DNA of 56,337 bases. Source: Methanomicrobiales archaeon. GTDB lineage: Archaea > Halobacteriota > Methanomicrobia > Methanomicrobiales > Methanospirillaceae. The translations under genes and the position numbers were made by a program. The notes under the pieces are model-generated. The model searched no databases and had not been told where the DNA came from. It saw only the letters and a program-made list of their open reading frames with translations. Shown here piece by piece: positions 49,754 to 56,337 of the stretch. Location: positions 1 to 56,337 of the forward strand of contig JAAYPD010000396.1 of the NCBI GenBank assembly GCA_012520015.1. Direction: 5' to 3'. Position 1 is the first letter of the stretch. Every line of letters begins with the position of its first letter.

Positions 49754-50346
49754 TTTGGAACCGCTCCATCGGGGAGGGGTTTTATCCGGGCAGGTGAACC
49801 TATCGCAAGTGAAAAAGGAGGGACATCTTTTGTTACAATTGAGCCTGCCGCAACCAGGGCACCTTCACCCACCTTTACACCCGGAAGAATCGTGCTGTTT
49901 GCACCAACTGATGCATGATCATGTATCGTCGGGCCGGTCAGGTTTTTTCCTCCATGGGGCGGGTATTTATCGTTAGTAAGAACAGCATTTGGACCGATAA
50001 ACACGTGATTCCCAAGTTCAGAATTTGTCGGAATATAAACCATACTCTGAAGACTGACATGGTCCCCAATGGTGCAATGACCTTCAATGATAACACCAGT
50101 TCCAATAGAGACATTACTTCCGATGGTTGTTTTTTCCCTGACCAGGACATTATGCCCGGTTGAAAAACCATCTCCAGCTCTGACATCTGCATAAAGGATG
50201 GTGCCAGACCTGATGATCGCATTATCACCAATAATTACACCCGGATGCTCCTTCTTCCCGATATAATCACGGGAAGGAAAACCGAGCGTTACTGGTTCAA
50301 AAAACTGAACATTCTTACCAATACGATTGACACCATATTCGATCAT
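49750..50346 (-). CDS. Hexapeptide-repeat N-acetyltransferase (WbpD-like)
   Basis: Left-handed beta-helix repeats, [38 protein letters not shown]. Confidence 0.92.
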   Translation of the reverse strand: MIEYGVNRIGKNVQFFEPVTLGFPSRDYIGKKEHPGVIIGDNAIIRSGTILYADVRAGDGFSTGHNVLVREKTTIGSNVSIGTGVIIEGHCTIGDHVSLQSMVYIPTNSELGNHVFIGPNAVLTNDKYPPHGGKNLTGPTIHDHASVGANSTILPGVKVGEGALVAAGSIVTKDVPPFSLAIGSPARIKPLPDGAVPK

Positions 50347-50449
50347 TTATGTCTCATTCCAAATAATTATTGAGTTTTAAACAGAAAAATGATTAGATCA
50401 GAGGGTGTTGCTTGACTAATATTTTGAAAAATTTTGGTAAGTACTTTTC

Positions 50450-50880
50450 CGCCATAGGGAGTCAATGTCACTTCTATAATTCCTTTAGCAATAGAAGCAG
50501 GTGTAGGGGTATTATCATCTGTAAAGACTGGGCCGTGAAGATGATACTCAACATCATCTTTTTCCTGAACTCCTTTTAGATATTTTTGAATTTCTCACTC
50601 AATCTTTTCATATGTCATGTTCGATCCAAGTGAAGCATTTGCATTCATTTTTGTTCCATCCAGGGCGAGAAGGGCGTTATTGATTAATCCTGCTTCATTA
50701 AGAAGAGCCAACACAGAAATGAAGAGTTGTCCAATAAACGAACAATTTTTCTTGATAAAACGTGAGATTGTTGAGTGATCCGGAAGAGAATTGCCTGTCA
50801 CAATTCTAAATCCTACGTCATAGCGGCATTTTCTCTCTATTTGACGACTTGAACGAGTACTTTTGGTTGACTTTGGCATA
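50450..50880 (-). mobile_element. IS1182-family transposase remnant
   Basis: RSSRQIERKC.YD.GFR..TGN..PDHSTISRF, LALDGTKMNANAS; premature stop at 50595; boundaries approximate. Confidence 0.8.
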
Positions 50881-51006
50881 ATAATTGAGAGGGGATTCTG
50901 AGTTGTGCAACACACTATATTATGAATTTTTTGATTATATCAGATAATTTTACATATTTTTTATTTCTCACATCATTTATTATAGATAAGGTAAAACCCC
51001 ATATGA

Positions 51007-51030
51007 TGATCCCCGGTTACCAGGGGATCA
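51007..51030. promoter_or_regulatory. Inverted repeat (operator or 5' UTR hairpin) upstream of ABC operon
   Basis: TGATCCCC-GGTTACCA-GGGGATCA, downstream of TTTATTAT at about 50976 and 21 nt before the ATG. Confidence 0.5.
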
Positions 51031-51051
51031 ATAAGATTAACTTGGTGTAAA

Positions 51052-52179
51052 ATGAGTGTTCTTTTAAGAAAAATTATCTTGGCATTAGCATTATTGGCTT
51101 TTTTCCTGCCCGTGACCATGGTTATGGCAGATGATACATATCCGCGAACAGTAACCGACATGGTAGGACGAACGGTAACCATCGAGAAACCAATCGAAAG
51201 GATCATTACAAACAATGCGGATAATGCCCGTATTGTTATTGCCCTTGGAGAAGGAGCCAAGTTAAAAGGGTCAGATGAATGTACGATAGGGTCAGGATGT
51301 CTCTGCCCTATGACAGAAGATAAACAAATTCTTTGTGAGGCTTGCTGGAATGGTGTTATTCCCACTCCGCTACAGGATCTTCCCCTGACAAATGACAGGT
51401 ACACTCCAAACCTTGAAATGATGGCCTCCTTAAAACCTGACCTGGTCTTCCTCTGGACATCCTGGGAAGATAAAGCAGATGATATCCAGGAACGGGTTGG
51501 TGCACCTACATTTGTTGCTGGCCCGGATTATACTATTGAGGGGATAAAAGAACATATCTCTTATGTTGGTTCAGTTCTTGGAAAAGAGAAAGAAGCTGAG
51601 GATCTTAAATCTTTTGTTGACCAGGAAGTAAAGAAGGTCACAGATATAACCGGCAAGATTCCGGAAGATGAAAAGCTGACGGTATACTTTGCCCCGCGTG
51701 GAGCCATGAAAGGGTTCTTTGATGCAAAAGAGGGGCGTGACTTTACAAGAACTGATAACAGTTATGATCCCCTGACACTTGCAGGAGGCATCAATGTTGC
51801 AAGGGATGTCGCGGACGGGAATGTGAATGTCGGAATTGAACAGATAATCGCTTGGAATCCGGATGTCATCATGGTTGCCTGTACCTCACCAGATGACTCA
51901 GGGGTTGATTTCATACTTGCTTCTCCAGAACTACAGTCAATTACCGCAGTAAAGGAGAAGAAGGTATACAAGGTGCTATATCCAAACTGTCGCGGTGTCC
52001 CGCATGACAGGAACCTGATTAATATGTTTTACATGGCAAAGTTGCTCTACCCTGACAAATTTACCCATATCGATATTAATACCGAAGGAGATGCAATTAT
52101 GAAAAAGTTCCTTGGGATAGATGGGGCTTTTACTGAATATTCCGAGTACCTTCAGTTCCCAAAGACACAAAAGGTATGA
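51052..52179 (+). CDS. Fe-siderophore/cobalamin-type ABC substrate-binding protein
   Basis: Signal peptide; RTVTD.VGRTVTI..PIERI, PNLE....LKPDLV, LAGG.NVA, EQIIAWNPDVI, I.AVK...VY. Confidence 0.9.
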   Translation: MSVLLRKIILALALLAFFLPVTMVMADDTYPRTVTDMVGRTVTIEKPIERIITNNADNARIVIALGEGAKLKGSDECTIGSGCLCPMTEDKQILCEACWNGVIPTPLQDLPLTNDRYTPNLEMMASLKPDLVFLWTSWEDKADDIQERVGAPTFVAGPDYTIEGIKEHISYVGSVLGKEKEAEDLKSFVDQEVKKVTDITGKIPEDEKLTVYFAPRGAMKGFFDAKEGRDFTRTDNSYDPLTLAGGINVARDVADGNVNVGIEQIIAWNPDVIMVACTSPDDSGVDFILASPELQSITAVKEKKVYKVLYPNCRGVPHDRNLINMFYMAKLLYPDKFTHIDINTEGDAIMKKFLGIDGAFTEYSEYLQFPKTQKV

Positions 52180-52991
52180 TCCCGTTTGTCAATTACAATG
52201 AACTCTGGTCTTTGCTACATCAAAAAAAGAGGGGACCAGGGGTTGACTGGGATAAAAGAGCCCCTTCCTTTTTTAGGGCAGTATCCAATTCAAACGAAGC
52301 GGATGAGATAATTCCTGCTATGGATCTTCTTCCTGGTGACACCGTCATTGACATGGGTGCCGGAACAGGCAGGTTTGCCATTCCACTGGCAAAGCATGTC
52401 TCCCATGTAACCGCAATTGAACCCTCTTCAGGGATGGCATCATATCTTAAACAAGGTATGGCTAAAGCCGGACTTTCCAATTATTCAGTTGTTAGTAAAA
52501 GGTGGGAGGATGTAGAGGTAGGAAAGGATATACAGGTGCATGATATAGTCTTTGCATCCAACTCCCTGGGGTTTCCTAATCTCGCAGATGGACTTAAAAA
52601 ACTGGATGCAGCTGCGAAGAGGGCGGTTCATATTTTATGGTTTGCCGGACCAGACCGACATCCGATGGATGAAGAATTAAAAATTCGTCTCGGTTATAAG
52701 CCCGGCGATTCATTTGGATTTGATTATATTGTAATTGCTCATGTTTTACATGATATGGGCATTTATGCAAATATCCGGGTGGACCCGATAAAATCTATGC
52801 ACACCTATGATTCCCTGGATGAGGCCGTAACATGGTGGGCAGAACGCAGAGATATCGAACCTGAAAAAATTCCGGTGATAAGGGATTACCTTAAGGAAAA
52901 ACTGAGTCCTTTGGATAATGGCCGGTTATCTATGCCCAGGAAAGGATGGATGGCCCATCTGTGGTGGGAAAAAAGGAACTTTGAACAATGA
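52176..52991 (+). CDS. Class I SAM-dependent methyltransferase
   Basis: WDKRA..F, VIDMGAGTGRFAIPLA, AIEPS.GM; ATGA-coupled on both sides. Confidence 0.9.
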   Translation: MIPFVNYNELWSLLHQKKRGPGVDWDKRAPSFFRAVSNSNEADEIIPAMDLLPGDTVIDMGAGTGRFAIPLAKHVSHVTAIEPSSGMASYLKQGMAKAGLSNYSVVSKRWEDVEVGKDIQVHDIVFASNSLGFPNLADGLKKLDAAAKRAVHILWFAGPDRHPMDEELKIRLGYKPGDSFGFDYIVIAHVLHDMGIYANIRVDPIKSMHTYDSLDEAVTWWAERRDIEPEKIPVIRDYLKEKLSPLDNGRLSMPRKGWMAHLWWEKRNFEQ

Positions 52992-54109
52992 GTGATCAAT
53001 ACCAGCCAGTTCCCGAAACCGCAGACCGGGGCAGGATGACCGTTAATGAAAAACTGGAGAAGGTCAGAAGAGAACATTCCCAGCTGATGGGAAGAAAAAT
53101 CGCTTTTATCGGGCTCATCGTCGTCATCATCATTCTTGCAGTCGGATTTATCATTACTTTAGGCCCGCTTGGGATGACCATTCCCCAGGTGTACCAGACA
53201 CTTCTTGCAAGGTTTTTTCCCCAGTTTATCACCATGGATCCCGTTTTTGAGCAGGTTGTCTGGAATATCAGGTTTCCAAGAATAATAGGTGGAATTTTTG
53301 CCGGGTTTGGGTTTGGAATATGCGGCTGTGTCATGCAGGCGGTTCTGAAAAATCCCCTTGCAAGTCCGTTTACTCTTGGGATTTCTGCAGGAGCACATTT
53401 TGGTGTGGCAATTGCGGCTGTGTTTGGCATTGCGATCGTGGGAGGAGCTTATCTTCTTATTGTAAATGCATTTTTGTTTGCAATGCTTTGTTCCTTTTTT
53501 ATTGTGTCCCTGGCAAGTCTTAAGGGAGCTACTTCTGAGACTTTAATTCTTGCTGGAATTGCAGTAAATTACCTGTTTTCATCGCTTTCCCAACTCATGG
53601 CTTATTTCGCCAATGATGAGCAGTTAAGACTAATGTCGCTTTGGGGAATGGGGGATCTCTCTGCTTTTTCATGGAGTAAATTTGGATTATTTGTTGGAAT
53701 ATTTGCAATTTGCACCCCGATTCTCCTTGTAAAGGCGCGGGATTTGAACCTGATGACCATCGGGGATGACACAGCGAAAAGTCTTGGGGTTGATGCAAAC
53801 CAGGTCAGGATGCTTACGATGATGGTGTCTTCAATGCTTGTTGCAACTATTGTCTGTTTTACCGGAACAATAGGATTTATTGGGCTTGTAGCACCACACA
53901 TGGCCAGGATCCTTATCGGAACCGATCACCGTATTCTTATTCCTGCATCTGGTATCATTGGTGCCTGCCTTCTTATATGTGCAGATGCGGTTGCCATGAA
54001 CATTATTGGTCCTACGATCATTCCAACCGGTATAATGACTGCACTTCTTGGTGTTCCGTTCTTCCTGTACCTTGTATTGAAAGGAAAAAGAAAGGAGTTC
54101 TGGCAATGA
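52988..54109 (+). CDS. FecCD/BtuC-family ABC permease
   Basis: IR.PRI, Q.VLKNPLASP.TLG.SAGA, G...AKSLGV, G.IGF.GLVAPH.AR. Confidence 0.94.
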   Translation: MSDQYQPVPETADRGRMTVNEKLEKVRREHSQLMGRKIAFIGLIVVIIILAVGFIITLGPLGMTIPQVYQTLLARFFPQFITMDPVFEQVVWNIRFPRIIGGIFAGFGFGICGCVMQAVLKNPLASPFTLGISAGAHFGVAIAAVFGIAIVGGAYLLIVNAFLFAMLCSFFIVSLASLKGATSETLILAGIAVNYLFSSLSQLMAYFANDEQLRLMSLWGMGDLSAFSWSKFGLFVGIFAICTPILLVKARDLNLMTIGDDTAKSLGVDANQVRMLTMMVSSMLVATIVCFTGTIGFIGLVAPHMARILIGTDHRILIPASGIIGACLLICADAVAMNIIGPTIIPTGIMTALLGVPFFLYLVLKGKRKEFWQ

Positions 54110-54933
54110 ACATTAAACTACTTGTTGAAAACCTTGAATTTTCTTACCAGTCGGTGCCTATCCTGTCCGGAATGTGCATGGATGTGCCTAAGGGGTCGCT
54201 TGTTTCTATTCTTGGCCCGAATGGTTCAGGCAAATCCACCTTCCTGAAATGTGTTGACCGGATACTAAAACCGCAGAAAGGAGTAATACTGATTGATAGT
54301 GAGGATATTTTGTCCCTTGGGAGGATGAACCTTGCAAAGAAGATATCATATGTTCCCCAAAGTTCGGTCAGGGTTTTCCCTCACTCTGTTTTTGATGTAA
54401 TTCTCATGGGGAGGAGGCCTCATCTTGGATGGATGGGTTCTGATTATGACGAGGACCGTGTCTGGGATGTCATTGAACTGCTCGGGCTTGAAGATATTGC
54501 AAATCATTCTTTTAATGAACTGTCCGGAGGACAGCAACAGAAAGTTCTCATTGCAAGGGCCCTTGTGCAGGATACAGAACTGATGCTTCTGGATGAACCA
54601 ACTTCAAATCTTGATATCTGGCATCAGCTAGATGTCATGAGGATCGTTGCTGAACTTGTCTCAAGACAGGGGATTACTGCACTTATGGCTGTTCATGATC
54701 TGAACATGGCTTCAAGGTACTCTGACAGGATTATCCTGATGAAAGACGGGATTGTCCACGCTTCTGGTATGCCAAATGAAGTTCTGACAGAAGAGAACAT
54801 TGCAGATGTATATGGGGTAAAGGCTGATGTTCATGTGAAGGAAGATGGAATACCAGTGATTATTCCATACCAGCAGATCATGGGAGGTGAGTTTAAAAGA
54901 ATCACCGTAGGGAATGGGGTTACTGTGACCTAA
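54106..54933 (+). CDS. FepC/BtuD-family ABC ATPase
   Basis: GPNGSGKST, LSGGQQQKV.IARAL.Q, LLDEPTSNLD, HDLN; ATGA overlap at 54106. Confidence 0.95.
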   Translation: MNIKLLVENLEFSYQSVPILSGMCMDVPKGSLVSILGPNGSGKSTFLKCVDRILKPQKGVILIDSEDILSLGRMNLAKKISYVPQSSVRVFPHSVFDVILMGRRPHLGWMGSDYDEDRVWDVIELLGLEDIANHSFNELSGGQQQKVLIARALVQDTELMLLDEPTSNLDIWHQLDVMRIVAELVSRQGITALMAVHDLNMASRYSDRIILMKDGIVHASGMPNEVLTEENIADVYGVKADVHVKEDGIPVIIPYQQIMGGEFKRITVGNGVTVT

Positions 54934-55149
54934 TATTGCAGAGAATTTTTAAAAATTTCTTTAATTTTCCCTTTGAAGCAATTGATGTTGTGTATCATTG
55001 CAGCAAGCTGAAAAATCAGGTAGTGGCCCAGAATATAACTGATGATGCCAATCTGTTATAATTTTGTTCTTTTAGCCGATTTTAATCCAAATAGTCAAAG
55101 TAAATCCTGTCAAAAGGAGAATACTCGTCTCCAGTTGTAAAGTAGGCCA

Positions 55150-56337
55150 CTACCAAAAATCACCATCTGAAACCAGAGATCCCTGTAATCGTTGGATAGG
55201 AACACTGCCACCAATGAGCATATCTCCATACCCGGCCAGACATTCTGCTCCGGATTCATCCAGAATAATTCGTGAATTTGTTGAAGAAGTCACTTTAAGT
55301 GCAATTTTAAGTTGAAGATTTGCCTTAATCACACCTGTAATAATCCGTGCATCCGGGCGCTGGGTGGCAAGAATCAGATGAAAACCCGCTGCCCTTCCTT
55401 TCTGCCCAATCTTTTAAATAGCAGTCTCAAGAGCCTCTTTTGTTGTTTTGTTCATAATAAGATCAGCGTACTCATCGATAACGAGAATCCCGCGGGTCAT
55501 AGGTTCAGGTTGCCCAATATTATAATCGGAAATGTTGGTGTAGCCCGTCTTCTCCAGATGCATATACCTCTCCTCCATCTCTTTAACACACGCTTCAAGA
55601 ACTTCCATTGCATTATCAGGATCCATAATTACTGGCATGAAAAGTGATGGAAACGAGACAAAATCTGTGAATGTTACCCGTTTAGGATCAATAAGAATGA
55701 ATGAAACAGGGTTTGGTGTGTTCATAAGTCTGATACCGACCACAAGTGACCGGATTAATTCACTCTTTCCTGAACCTGATGTCCCTCCGATAAGACAACT
55801 GGTCATAACCGGATCTGCCAGATCGCCCATCATAACAGATCCGTCAATCTCTCTCCCGATAGGAAACGGGCAGACTGACCTGGATGATGTTTTTCCATCC
55901 CTGATCATGGATCTGACATCAGATGGTTTCCAGTCATCATGTGGCACATCACAGCTGATATACCCGCTTTGAGCCTGGATAAGAGGAGGGGCCGGGAGCG
56001 ATAATCCCAGCTGGATATCAACCGCCCGGTTTGCAACCTTGGAAAAAGTGACTCTTTTGGAGAGATCAGGTATTATCTTCAGCCTTATAAACCGCGGGCC
56101 TGTCGTGTGCCCTGCCGGGAGGACCGGAATTGAAAGCAGACGGAGCGTCTCTACCAGCCGACTGAGGTGTTCCTCTCCTTTGCCGGAGTCAGAGAGCAAC
56201 ACATCATCCCCATGAGTGGTGGGTTTCTCCTGTTTTTTAAGTTTACCGGGAAGAATAGCTTCGAAATCTGCTTCACAGGTTGAAATAAAGGGGCAAATTC
56301 TGGTATTGGCCTGACAAAAAGCTGGTAATACTAATTG
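55150..56337 (-). pseudogene. FtsK/SpoIIIE-domain protein with in-frame premature stop; 5' end outside window
   Basis: GGTSGSGKS, LIDPK, EMEERY, VIDEYADL, then TAA (55414-55416), and same frame continues [40 protein letters not shown]; frame open to window end. Confidence 0.88.

Noticed and set aside
49476-49976. 166-aa plus-strand ORF after gmd
   Set aside because: Antisense to wbpD and the wbpE stub; no motif (not a GDP-fucose synthase)
55414-55416. Programmed readthrough (Pyl/Sec) in the FtsK gene
   Set aside because: The stop is TAA, not TAG or TGA

Overview
Archaeal methanogen DNA, most consistent with Methanospirillum/Methanomicrobiales (inferred from the thermosome, tiaS, archaeal TATA/SD signals and gene style). 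1-18.4 kb is higher-GC core genome: partial tiaS, an HTH regulator, thermosome, cheW divergent from a soluble REC-PAS-PAS chemoreceptor, a CAP protein, a RimI-like acetyltransferase, DUF1015, three tandem paralogous secreted Cys-containing PPC-like proteins, and a sirC-hemA-hemB-hemL-hemC-cobA operon. A mostly AT-rich, decaying defence island starts directly after tRNA-Gly(GCC) (18421-18492). In it, fragments of a SNF2 helicase and a DUF1156 methylase bracket an intact McrBC (1159-aa McrB with about four stacked N-terminal domains and a winged-helix-like insert), a peptide plus truncated peptidase-like pair, an intact ABC-ATPase plus small nuclease-like pair and an IS1634 remnant. A second IS1634 remnant and a DUF2637-like pseudogene follow. 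31.3-50.3 kb is a mosaic surface-glycan locus: two AsnB-like amidotransferases, epimerases, glycosyltransferases, a glucuronyl C5-epimerase-like protein, a WbpA/B/E/D-like pathway and gmd. It carries several recombination scars and two homopolymer frameshifts. The window ends with an IS1182 remnant, a metal/cobalamin-type ABC operon with an embedded methyltransferase, and an FtsK-domain gene with a nonsense mutation. All family calls come from motif recognition by eye; no searches were run.
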